Source: an uncultured Gammaproteobacteria bacterium (GTDB lineage Bacteria > Pseudomonadota > Gammaproteobacteria > Chromatiales > Chromatiaceae). Taken from it: a stretch of DNA of 64,000 nt. The translations under genes and the position numbers were made by a program. The stretch is from assembly GCA_963922315.1 (NCBI GenBank), contig CAWUID010000002.1:9546-73545 (forward strand), given 5' to 3'. Numbering within the stretch: position 1 is the stretch's first letter; each line of letters begins with the position of its first letter. The notes beneath the pieces are model-generated. The model had not been told where the DNA came from, searched no databases, and was given only the letters and a program-made list of their open reading frames with translations. Positions 11,861 to 21,145 of this stretch are shown piece after piece.

Positions 11861-12432
11861 TTGTTGAAAAAAAATACTTTACGTATCACTGGTGGCAGTT
11901 ATCTTAGTAGACGCTTGTGCTTCATCCCAGAAAATGAGTTACGTCCAACAACTGATCGTATTCGTGAAACCGTATTCAGTTGGTTACAGTCTGAAATTCG
12001 TGAATACAAAATTTTAGATTTGTTTGCAGGTAGTGGTGTACTTGGGTTTGAAGCTTTATCTCGCAATGCATCTCAAGTCGTTTTTGTTGAGCGAAATAAA
12101 AACTCAATAACTCAGTTAAAGAATAATCTGAAAAACCTGAAAATTTCTGAAAAACAGGCTCAGGTGTTCCATACAGATAGTTTTGATTATCTAAAAAGAA
12201 GTCAAGATAGTTTTGATCTTATTTTTCTTGATCCACCTTTTTCTGGTAATTTGATTTGTGATTTTTTCAATCAAATCAATAATTTTAGTTGTCTGAACCA
12301 TTTAAAATGGATCTATCTGGAACAAACAGTTAAAAAAAATTGGCCAGTTTTACCTGAGCCCTGGTATTGGTATCGTCAGAAAGTTGCAGGTCAGGTGAAA
12401 TTTTCTTTGTTATGCAAACGTACAGATGTTTA

Positions 12433-12433
<1 letters not shown>
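11861..12433 (+). CDS. rsmD: 16S rRNA (guanine966-N2)-methyltransferase RsmD
   Basis: LRPTTDRIRETVFSWL, DLFAGSGVLGFEALSR and IFLDPPF motifs. Classical rsmD-coaD neighbourhood. TTG start. Confidence 0.88.
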
Positions 12434-13315
<882 letters not shown>

Positions 13316-13321
13316 ATTTTA

Positions 13322-15040
13322 ATGACGCGATCTGAAAAGTGTTATTGGTGGTTCTTTATCGGGCTGGTTTTTTTTAGCCTGACCACTTCGGCTGATGATC
13401 GTCCATCTGCTCAAGCAGTTGTGACAGCACATCCGCTGGCTACGGAAGCTGGTGTGCAGATTCTGCAACAGGGTGGTAATGCGTTTGATGCTGCGGTAAC
13501 TATCAGTGCTGTGCTGGCTGTTGTTGAACCTTATGGTTCTGGCATCGGTGGTGGTGGATTCTGGTTACTGCACAGGGCGAAGGATCAGCATCAGGTCATG
13601 CTGGATGGACGTGAGAAAGCTCCTCTGCAGGCCCATCCGCAGATGTATCTGGATGAAAAAGGCAATCCTGTTTCTGGCTTGAGTATCGATGGTCCATTAG
13701 CAGCTGGTATTCCTGGCACACCAGCTGCTTTAGTTCATCTCGCGAAAAAATATGGTCGATTGCCGCTACCTGCTACGCTGTCTCCTGCAATTATGCTGGC
13801 TGAGACAGGATTTACAGTCGATGCTCATTATCAGAGGATGGCGCAATTCCGACTAAATACAATTCGTCAATCACCAGCTGCGAGAAAGCAGTTTTTGTTG
13901 CAGGGTGAAGTACCACCTGAGGGTTATCGTATCCGGCAACCGGATTTAGCAATGACATTGCGCAGGCTTGCAGATGAAGGTAAGGCAGGCTTTTATCAGG
14001 GGGATGTTGCAAAAAAATTAGTGCAGGGTGTGCGTGAAGCGGGTGGGATATGGACTCTGGCTGATTTAGCTGATTATCACATTGTGGAACGTCAGCCCAT
14101 TATCGGAAATTATCAGGGATATCGGATTGTGAGTGCATCACCACCTTCATCTGGTGGTATTGCTCTGGTGCAGATGTTGCAGATGTTAGATCAGTTACCA
14201 GCAAACATTAAACAGGCTTATGGTGAGATTTCGACTGAACTGAATGCATCGCAAATTCATATATTAAGTGAAATCATGCGTCGTGCTTACCGGGATCGGG
14301 CACGTTATCTGGGTGATACTGACTTTGTCGATGTGCCATTACCACAATTGTTAAATCCCGTTTACAATCAAGAGTTAGCTGCTGATATTCAGCTTGATCA
14401 GGCAACGATAAGTCAGGCACTGAAAAATGATTCTGAGAAAAAAGGTAGAGATACAACTCATTTCTCTGTGTTAGATGCTGAAGGTAATCGTGTTGCAGCT
14501 ACGTTGAGTATTAACTACCCCTTTGGGTCCGGATTTGTACCTCCGGGAACGGGTGTACTACTGAATGACGAGATGGACGATTTTTCTATCCGACCAGATA
14601 TTCCGAATGCTTATGGCCTGGTGGGTAGTCAGGCAAATGCGATTGCCCCGGGTAAGCGAATGTTATCCAGTATGACACCAACTTTTATTGAACATAAAGA
14701 TCGTGTCGCTATTCTGGGTACTCCAGGTGGTTCACGCATTATCAGTATGGTTTTTCTGGGTGCACTTCAGTCAATGTCAGATGCCCCAGTTCAGGATTGG
14801 GTGGGTTTGCCAAGGTTTCATCATCAATATCTACCAGATTTGATCCAGTTTGAGCCCGATTCTTTCAGCGCAGAATTGCAGGCAGCTCTCACTCAGAAAG
14901 GACATCGTTTGCAACCTGTTTCTTATCGCTATGGCAACATGCAGGCGATTTTATGGGACAAAGAGACGAATCGTGTCAGTGCAGCTTCTGATCCGCGTCG
15001 ATCCGGGTCTTACCAGGTTGTGTCATCCGGTGTCAGATAG
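13322..15040 (+). CDS. ggt: Gamma-glutamyltransferase
   Basis: Signal/TM N-terminus, autoprocessing/catalytic Thr region GRDTTHFSV, and GTPGGSRII. 572 aa. Confidence 0.93.
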   Translation: MTRSEKCYWWFFIGLVFFSLTTSADDRPSAQAVVTAHPLATEAGVQILQQGGNAFDAAVTISAVLAVVEPYGSGIGGGGFWLLHRAKDQHQVMLDGREKAPLQAHPQMYLDEKGNPVSGLSIDGPLAAGIPGTPAALVHLAKKYGRLPLPATLSPAIMLAETGFTVDAHYQRMAQFRLNTIRQSPAARKQFLLQGEVPPEGYRIRQPDLAMTLRRLADEGKAGFYQGDVAKKLVQGVREAGGIWTLADLADYHIVERQPIIGNYQGYRIVSASPPSSGGIALVQMLQMLDQLPANIKQAYGEISTELNASQIHILSEIMRRAYRDRARYLGDTDFVDVPLPQLLNPVYNQELAADIQLDQATISQALKNDSEKKGRDTTHFSVLDAEGNRVAATLSINYPFGSGFVPPGTGVLLNDEMDDFSIRPDIPNAYGLVGSQANAIAPGKRMLSSMTPTFIEHKDRVAILGTPGGSRIISMVFLGALQSMSDAPVQDWVGLPRFHHQYLPDLIQFEPDSFSAELQAALTQKGHRLQPVSYRYGNMQAILWDKETNRVSAASDPRRSGSYQVVSSGVR

Positions 15041-15531
15041 CGGACTGTTAAACCCTCCAGTGATGCTTTGACTGTTGCCTGGCGAATCTGATCCCGATTA
15101 CCAGTGAAGTGTTTTACACAGCTCTGAATGCCGGAAGGTCCGGCCCAGGCAAGCCAAACGGTACCAACTGGTTTCTCTCTGCTACCTCCATCGGGTCCTG
15201 CGATACCAGTCACTGCCAGTGCGAAATCAGCTGAACTATGTTGAATAGCACCAGCTGCCATTCCTTCAGCGACTTGTTGGCTAACAGCACCATACTGAGC
15301 TAACAGCGACATGGGTACTCTTAACATCTGATGCTTTGCTGCGTTACTGTAAGTAACAAACCCACGATCGAACCAGCTACTGGAGCCTGGCTGATCTGTA
15401 ATCAGTTTTGCAATCCAGCCACCTGTGCAGGATTCAGCACAAGCGAGCATAGCCTGACGGTTATGTAGAGCTTGTCTGATCTGATTCAGCACGGATGTTA
15501 ATTCAGTAGAAAGCGACAAATCAGTATTCAT
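15010..15531 (-). CDS. pncC: CinA-family nicotinamide-nucleotide amidohydrolase (PncC domain only)
   Basis: ESCTGGWIA and TGIAGPDGG motifs. 173 aa. The 3' end overlaps the convergent ggt by 31 nt. Confidence 0.85.
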   Translation of the reverse strand: MNTDLSLSTELTSVLNQIRQALHNRQAMLACAESCTGGWIAKLITDQPGSSSWFDRGFVTYSNAAKHQMLRVPMSLLAQYGAVSQQVAEGMAAGAIQHSSADFALAVTGIAGPDGGSREKPVGTVWLAWAGPSGIQSCVKHFTGNRDQIRQATVKASLEGLTVRYLTPDDTTW

Positions 15532-15539
15532 ATTTTATT

Positions 15540-16793
15540 GTGCAGGATAGTTTTGTGAAAAATGCGTTTTATGCCCAATCTGGTGGTGTAACTTCTGTTA
15601 TTAATGCATCAGCGTGTGGTGTGATACAGACTTGTCGGAATCATCGGGATAAAATCGGGCATGTTTATGCTGGTCGGCATGGTGTTACCGGGGCATTAAC
15701 TGAAGATATTTATGATACTGATCAGGAAACAGATGCGACTATTGCTGGATTGAAACAGACACCAGCGGGGGCTTTTGGATCATGTCGTTATAAATTACGC
15801 GAAGAACGTGAGTATCAGAGACTACTTGACGTTTTTCAGGCACATAATATCGGTTACTTTTTCTATAACGGTGGTGGTGATTCCGCGGATACCAGCTATA
15901 AGATAACCCAGTTAGCCGATAATATGAATTATCCTCTGCAGGTGGTTCATATTCCAAAGACTGTCGATAACGATTTACCATTAACTGACAATTGCCCGGG
16001 TTTTGGCTCAGTGGCTAAGTATATTGCAGTTTCTACACTCGAAGCATCTTTTGATGTACGTTCTGGTGCGACGACTTCAACCAAGGTATTCATTCTGGAA
16101 GTGATGGGGCGTCATGCGGGCTGGATAGCGGCGGCTGGTGGGCTGGCAACTGATTATGACATTCCGGTTGTGATTCTGTTTCCGGAGATTCCTTTTGACC
16201 AGGATAAGTTTCTTACCCGGGTCAGGGAACAGGTAGACCGTTATAGCTACTGTTCTGTTGTAGTATCAGAAGGTTGTCGGGGTACTGATGGGCGTTTTCT
16301 TGCCGATCAGGGTACTCGGGATGTGTTCGGACATGCTCAGTTAGGTGGCGCTGCACCTGTCGTAGCGCAATTGGTCAAAAACCAGTTGGGCTATAAGTAT
16401 CACTGGGCATTAGCAGATTATTTACAAAGATCGGCCCGACACCTGGCTTCAGCCACGGATGTAGAGCAGGCTTATGCCTTGGGAAAATCAGCGGTTGAAC
16501 TGGCCTTAGTGGGTAAGCGTGGCGTGATGCCAACCATTGTGCGTGAATCTTCGCAACCCTACCGTTGGCATCTGGGTAAGGCGAATCTGTCTGATGTTGC
16601 GAACCAGGAAAAAATGATGCCGACTGAATTTATTTCGGCAGATGGATTTGGGATTACTCAGGCCTGTAAAGATTATTTATATCCGTTAATTCAGGGGGAG
16701 GCCTACCCTATCTATACACGATCCGGTTTACCAGACTATGTGACATTAAAAAATATCCAGTTACCAAAGAAACTGCCTGCTTTCACTATATAA
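15540..16793 (+). CDS. 6-phosphofructokinase, PfkA family (ATP vs PPi donor not decidable by eye)
   Basis: YAQSGGVTSVINAS, NGGGDS, PKTVDNDL and MGRHAGW motifs. An in-frame GTG at 15555 fits orthologue N-termini better than 15540. Confidence 0.85.
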   Translation: MQDSFVKNAFYAQSGGVTSVINASACGVIQTCRNHRDKIGHVYAGRHGVTGALTEDIYDTDQETDATIAGLKQTPAGAFGSCRYKLREEREYQRLLDVFQAHNIGYFFYNGGGDSADTSYKITQLADNMNYPLQVVHIPKTVDNDLPLTDNCPGFGSVAKYIAVSTLEASFDVRSGATTSTKVFILEVMGRHAGWIAAAGGLATDYDIPVVILFPEIPFDQDKFLTRVREQVDRYSYCSVVVSEGCRGTDGRFLADQGTRDVFGHAQLGGAAPVVAQLVKNQLGYKYHWALADYLQRSARHLASATDVEQAYALGKSAVELALVGKRGVMPTIVRESSQPYRWHLGKANLSDVANQEKMMPTEFISADGFGITQACKDYLYPLIQGEAYPIYTRSGLPDYVTLKNIQLPKKLPAFTI

Positions 16794-17079
16794 AATCTAG
16801 CAGCAAAATCTTATTTGCAGTAAGCTCGAGGTGTTACAGATTGCTCGATTGATCAGTATACGGAGTCATGGCATCTGGTTAATATATGTGTTCATATTGT
16901 TTTTTAGTTGGTAATCTGGCGGTCAGAGCTGATACCTGGTCGCTCAGCTCTTGTGAAAAACCGATTGGCTTGCCTTTACTGAGTATCAAATTAGGCGATC
17001 CACAACGTTATCGGATACGAGAATACCAATAATGCTGACCAATTAGCAGAAATTCTGAAAAAAACCGTGATAAAAAACT

Positions 17080-17730
17080 ATGACCAACAATTGGCGCAGT
17101 AAGTTACCCACATTTACTACTATCCGTGACAGTCTGTCGGTTATCGCCTTGCTGATCGGTGCCGCCTGGGCAGGCTGGACCTTTTTTGCTACCGATAAAA
17201 TCAGACAGGCCGAGCTCCAGCTCCATCAACTGGAGCAACAAGAATCACCAATGATCAATGTGCAAATAAAAGCCAGACATTGGTCGACTAAACAGGATGG
17301 CGATACAATCCGGATTGAGGTCATTTTGGTGAATAAGGGTAAGTTTGAAGAACAACTTAACGTGACAGATAATTCTCTCCGGGTTTATCCGGTTCAGTTT
17401 AACTCTGGTAATCTGATATATGGCACGCCACTCAAGTCACCATCCCTTCTCGGCTCGGAAGACACTACTGATTTTGAGCCACCCCTCATCGGTTTGTGGG
17501 ATGCTACTCAGAAAGACACCAATGATTTTGAGCTATCTCCCATCGGCATCCTACCAGACGAACAACAGAACCTGATCTGGCTGTATAAGGTACCTGAACC
17601 GCATCTGTACTATGTCGAATTCAGGGCACAGCTGTATCAAAAAAGCAACATATCATGGCGTAACCCGGATAATGAACAGGGCGCAATTGAGTGGTTTAAT
17701 GGCACTTTTGTTGAAGTCCCACCTTCGTAG
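17080..17730 (+). CDS. Hypothetical membrane-anchored protein
   Basis: 216 aa. One N-terminal TM helix (LSVIALLIGAAWAGWTFFAT), a short coiled segment, then a beta-rich domain. No motif recognised. Confidence 0.45.
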   Translation: MTNNWRSKLPTFTTIRDSLSVIALLIGAAWAGWTFFATDKIRQAELQLHQLEQQESPMINVQIKARHWSTKQDGDTIRIEVILVNKGKFEEQLNVTDNSLRVYPVQFNSGNLIYGTPLKSPSLLGSEDTTDFEPPLIGLWDATQKDTNDFELSPIGILPDEQQNLIWLYKVPEPHLYYVEFRAQLYQKSNISWRNPDNEQGAIEWFNGTFVEVPPS

Positions 17731-17758
17731 CGCCAGACTGACACCATCAGACGGCGAA

Positions 17759-19363
17759 CTAGCGACGCCCAGACCGCTCCAGAATCAACACCGGCAATAA
17801 ACCGGCACCAACCAGAATCAATGCCGGCAACGCAGCCCGCTCCCATTCCCCCTCTGAGGTGAATTCATACAGCCGGACTGCCAGGGTATCCCAGCCGAAC
17901 GGGCGCAACAACAGCGTCGCTGGCATTTCTTTCATCACGTCCACCATCACCAACAACGCCGCAGTCAGCAAGCCGGGACGTAACATCGGCAGATACAGAC
18001 GTTGCATCAGCATACCGGTCTGCACCCCGAGGGTACGTGCTGCTTCCGGCAGACTCGGCTGCAATCGTTGCAGCGCCGCATCCACTGGCCCGTATGCAAC
18101 CGCCAGAAAACGGATGAAATACGCGATACACAATGCCGTCAGAGTACCGGTCAGTAACAGGGTTGGATCGGTGCCGGTAAACCATTGCACCAGATCAGCG
18201 ATGCGCTGATCCAGCCAGGTCAGGCTGAGCATCACGCCGACTGCAAGCACAGAACCGGGTAGTGCATAGCCCAGCGTACTGAGGCGGATGCTGAGACGAG
18301 TGCCAGGCCCGACCCGATAGCTGCGGGCAAAAGCCAGTACCAGGGCACCCCCCACCGTCAGTCCAGCAGCTAGTGCACCCAACATCAGGGTCTGCCCGGT
18401 CAGTACCAGATAATCTGCGGACAGATCAGCCTGTGTCATCCATACCCAGCTGACTAATTGTGCAACCGGCAATACAAACGCTAAGATGAAAATGCCCCAG
18501 GTATAGCATGTAGCAAGCCAACTAACCAGACCATGTAACTGGATTCGTCCCTGTGTTGCCTTAGCTGACTGGGTCACACGAGCGCGGCCCCGACTGTATT
18601 GTTCCAGCCATAACATCAACAGCACCAATAGCAACAACAATGAAGCAAGCTGCGCTGCACTGTACAGATCGAAAAAGCCAAACCAGGTCTTGTAGATTGC
18701 AGTTGTGAAGGTGTCAAAATTGAACACTGAGACAGCACCAAAGTCTGCCAGTGCTTCCATCAATGCCAGACTGAGACCTGCAACCATTGCAGGCCGCGCT
18801 AGCGGCAAAGACACCCGCCAGAAGCTGGCCCAGGTACCCAACCCGAGACTGCGGGCGGCATCAAAAGTACTGCGCCCCTGCGCCATAAACGCCGTCCGTG
18901 CCAGCATGTACACATACGGGTACAGCACCAGACTCATCACCAGCACCACCCCGAACGGATGACGTGCTTCAAACGACCAGTGTCCGGGCAATCCGAACAA
19001 CGTTCGTATGCCGTGCTGCACCGGGCCGGAAAAATCAAACAGTCCCAGAAACACAAACGCCAGCACATAGGCTGGCAGGGCAAACGGCAGCATCAGTCCC
19101 CAGGCAAGCCAGCGCCGCCCGGGAAAATCACACAAACTGGTCAGCCAGGCGAGAGAAATCCCAAGCAGACTGACTCCGATACCGACACCACCGATCAGCA
19201 CAGCTGTGTTGCGCAGCAGGATCGGTAACAGCGTCTGCTGCAGATGTATCCAGATATCCGGATTCAGCTGTGTCCAGCTGAATCCGATCACCCCCAAGGG
19301 CACCAGCACCAGGCTGGTAGTAAACCAACTGGCCCAACGCCAGAACCGATCCACCTGCAACAT
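17759..19363 (-). CDS. fbpB: Fe(3+) ABC transporter permease (fused double permease, FbpB-like)
   Basis: 534 aa. Two tandem MetI-like ABC permease halves (about 12 TM). Immediately downstream of the FbpA-like binding protein gene. Confidence 0.82.
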   Translation of the reverse strand: MLQVDRFWRWASWFTTSLVLVPLGVIGFSWTQLNPDIWIHLQQTLLPILLRNTAVLIGGVGIGVSLLGISLAWLTSLCDFPGRRWLAWGLMLPFALPAYVLAFVFLGLFDFSGPVQHGIRTLFGLPGHWSFEARHPFGVVLVMSLVLYPYVYMLARTAFMAQGRSTFDAARSLGLGTWASFWRVSLPLARPAMVAGLSLALMEALADFGAVSVFNFDTFTTAIYKTWFGFFDLYSAAQLASLLLLLVLLMLWLEQYSRGRARVTQSAKATQGRIQLHGLVSWLATCYTWGIFILAFVLPVAQLVSWVWMTQADLSADYLVLTGQTLMLGALAAGLTVGGALVLAFARSYRVGPGTRLSIRLSTLGYALPGSVLAVGVMLSLTWLDQRIADLVQWFTGTDPTLLLTGTLTALCIAYFIRFLAVAYGPVDAALQRLQPSLPEAARTLGVQTGMLMQRLYLPMLRPGLLTAALLVMVDVMKEMPATLLLRPFGWDTLAVRLYEFTSEGEWERAALPALILVGAGLLPVLILERSGRR

Positions 19364-19374
19364 ATCAAAGCATC

Positions 19375-19487
19375 TCTAAAAACGTCGTGAGCGAAGCAAA
19401 GACGAGGCTAAAAAGCGCAGCATATAAAGTATACATGAGTACTTTTTAACGAAGTCTTTGCAAGCGCAGCAATTTTCAGGAGTGCCC
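19375..19487. mobile_element. MITE-like palindromic repeat, family 2, copy 1 (longer form)
   Basis: Imperfect terminal inverted repeats: CTCTAAAAACGTCGTGAGCGAAGCAAAGAC ... GTCTTTGCAAGCGCAGCAATTTTCAGGAG. It matches the reverse complement of 44897-44974 except for an extra central segment of about 40 nt. Confidence 0.7.
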
Positions 19488-19492
19488 ATCGG

Positions 19493-20512
19493 TTAACGGT
19501 ATCCGGTGCGATCCATCAACCGGACTGCCCGCGCCTGAAAGCGACCGGCCTGACGCAGATTGATCGGTTCCTCGCTGAACTCACCCCAGGCCTGTACCTG
19601 GTCAGCAGCCGATACTTGCGGATTTACCGGGTATTCCAGATTCAGTGCCGCAAACTCACCCTGAGCTTCCTCCGAAGCCAACCATTCCAGCAAGCGCAGC
19701 GCAGCTTCAGGGTGTTTCGCATGGAGGGTGACACCACCACCAGAAACATTCACGTGTACCCCACCACTTTCTGCAGTGGGCCAGGCCAGTGCCACCGGTA
19801 AGTCGGATTGTTTACGTTGCAGACGACCAAAGTAATAAGTGTTTACAATCGCGACATCACATTGTCCGGCAGCAACTGCCTGAATCGTTTTGGTATCGTT
19901 GGAAAAGGGTGCAGCCGCCAAATTCGCTACCCAGCCGCGCACAATCTGTTCCGTTTGTATTTCACCGAGACGGGCAATCATCATCGCGACTAATGACTGG
20001 TTATACACTTTTTTCGAAGTACGCAGACAAAGCCGACCACGCCACTTGGGCTGCGCCAGATCAGCATACGTGCTGATCTCCGATGGGTTGACCCGATCTG
20101 TGTTGTAAATGATCGTACGTGCCCGTTTAGACAGGCCGTACCAATGTCCATCCGGGTCGCGTAAAGGCATCGGCACCTGCCGGTTCAGTGGTTCTGAGTC
20201 AACCGCAGCCAGAACACCTTTTTCAGCCGCTTGCCACAGATTACCGGCATCCACCGTCAGTAACAGATCAGCCGGCGTCCGTTTGCCCTCAGCCAGCAAA
20301 CGTTGTACCAAAGGCCCGGCCTTATCAGTCAGCAGACTGATCTTCACACCGGTTTGCTGAGTGTAACGATCAAACAAAGGCTGTATCAGATGCGCTTTGC
20401 GAGCAGAATACACCACCACTTCTTCCGCTGCTGCTACAACAGCAGGTATCGCAATAAAACTACTGAGGGTTAGTGTTATACAGCCCTGCACCAGCTGTTT
20501 GAAATAAAGCAT
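19493..20512 (-). CDS. fbpA: Fe(3+) ABC transporter periplasmic binding protein (FbpA/AfuA-like)
   Basis: Signal peptide and VVVYSARK start of the mature domain. The iron-ligand tyrosine pair is in VNTYYFGR. 339 aa. Confidence 0.86.
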   Translation of the reverse strand: MLYFKQLVQGCITLTLSSFIAIPAVVAAAEEVVVYSARKAHLIQPLFDRYTQQTGVKISLLTDKAGPLVQRLLAEGKRTPADLLLTVDAGNLWQAAEKGVLAAVDSEPLNRQVPMPLRDPDGHWYGLSKRARTIIYNTDRVNPSEISTYADLAQPKWRGRLCLRTSKKVYNQSLVAMMIARLGEIQTEQIVRGWVANLAAAPFSNDTKTIQAVAAGQCDVAIVNTYYFGRLQRKQSDLPVALAWPTAESGGVHVNVSGGGVTLHAKHPEAALRLLEWLASEEAQGEFAALNLEYPVNPQVSAADQVQAWGEFSEEPINLRQAGRFQARAVRLMDRTGYR

Positions 20513-20530
20513 AAAACAAATCCTGAAAAT

Positions 20531-20551
20531 GCAAATGAGAATGATTCTTAA
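20531..20551. promoter_or_regulatory. Fur-box-like palindrome in the divergent fbpA / RiPP-operon control region
   Basis: GCAAATGAGAATGATTCTT matches 13 of 19 positions of GATAATGATAATCATTATC by hand alignment. The core AGAATGATTCT is a perfect palindrome. It lies 19 nt upstream of the fbpA start. Confidence 0.45.
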
Positions 20552-20722
20552 TTATATTCTGAAAAACATCCGGAATGAAACAACTAATCTGGCTTATTCT
20601 CTGAATGTCAGCATCTGGTAAAACTTTTAAAGGATTGGTCTGTCCGAAACATACTGGAAAACTGAATGGCGGTTATTATCCGCAAAACATTATCATCCTT
20701 AAACATTGATCAGGAGACTATT

Positions 20723-21076
20723 ATGAACCCATCTGTAAAACCCGTTGCAATCGCTGTCGGCGCCGCTGTTGCAGGCTCTCTGATGTTGACCCAAACCGCA
20801 TCTGCCGGCAGTAATCCGTTCAGCATGACTGAATTACAAAATGGTTACATGGTGTCTGTCTTCTCTTCCATGGGCGAAACTGAAAAGCACGGGGAAGGCA
20901 AATGTGGGGCCGGTAACTGCGGTGGTGATATGAAAGGTAGTGAAGGCAAATGCGGTGCTGGTAAGTGCGGCGGTGACATGAAAGGTAGCGAAGGCAAATA
21001 CGGTGCTGGCAGCTGTGGCGGCAATGCGAAGGGTGGCGAAGGCAAATGTGGCGCTGGTAAGTGCGGCGCTAGCTGA
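20723..21076 (+). CDS. Sec-signal, Cys/Gly-repeat RiPP precursor (HvfA-family-like metallophore precursor)
   Basis: ATG 20723 follows an AGGAG Shine-Dalgarno. Signal peptide MNPSVKPVAIAVGAAVAGSLMLTQTASA|GS. The core is HG-EGKCGAGNCGGDMKGS-EGKCGAGKCGGDMKGS-EGKYGAGSCGGNAKGG-EGKCGAGKCGAS. DUF692 and DUF2063 genes lie immediately downstream. Confidence 0.8.
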   Translation: MNPSVKPVAIAVGAAVAGSLMLTQTASAGSNPFSMTELQNGYMVSVFSSMGETEKHGEGKCGAGNCGGDMKGSEGKCGAGKCGGDMKGSEGKYGAGSCGGNAKGGEGKCGAGKCGAS

Positions 21077-21083
21077 TTCAGAT

Positions 21084-21114
21084 GCCTCGCTCTTGTCACT
21101 GGCAGGGGCGAGGC
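21084..21114 (+). promoter_or_regulatory. Stem-loop between the precursor gene and the MNIO gene (possible attenuator/processing site)
   Basis: GCCTCGC (21084-21090) pairs with GCGAGGC (21108-21114), with a 17-nt loop. There is no clear U-tract. Confidence 0.3.
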
Positions 21115-21145
21115 GATTCATTGCTGATAACTGACAGGAATCCGC

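Noticed and set aside
20834-21121. Regular 48-bp periodicity and two long antisense ORFs (95 and 84 aa) over the Gly/Cys repeat region. I briefly considered a CRISPR-like array or an antisense gene.
   Set aside because: The units are contiguous with no spacers. They are in frame with a signal-peptide-bearing sense ORF followed by its maturase genes. The antisense ORFs are low-complexity shadows of GGC/TGC-rich codons.
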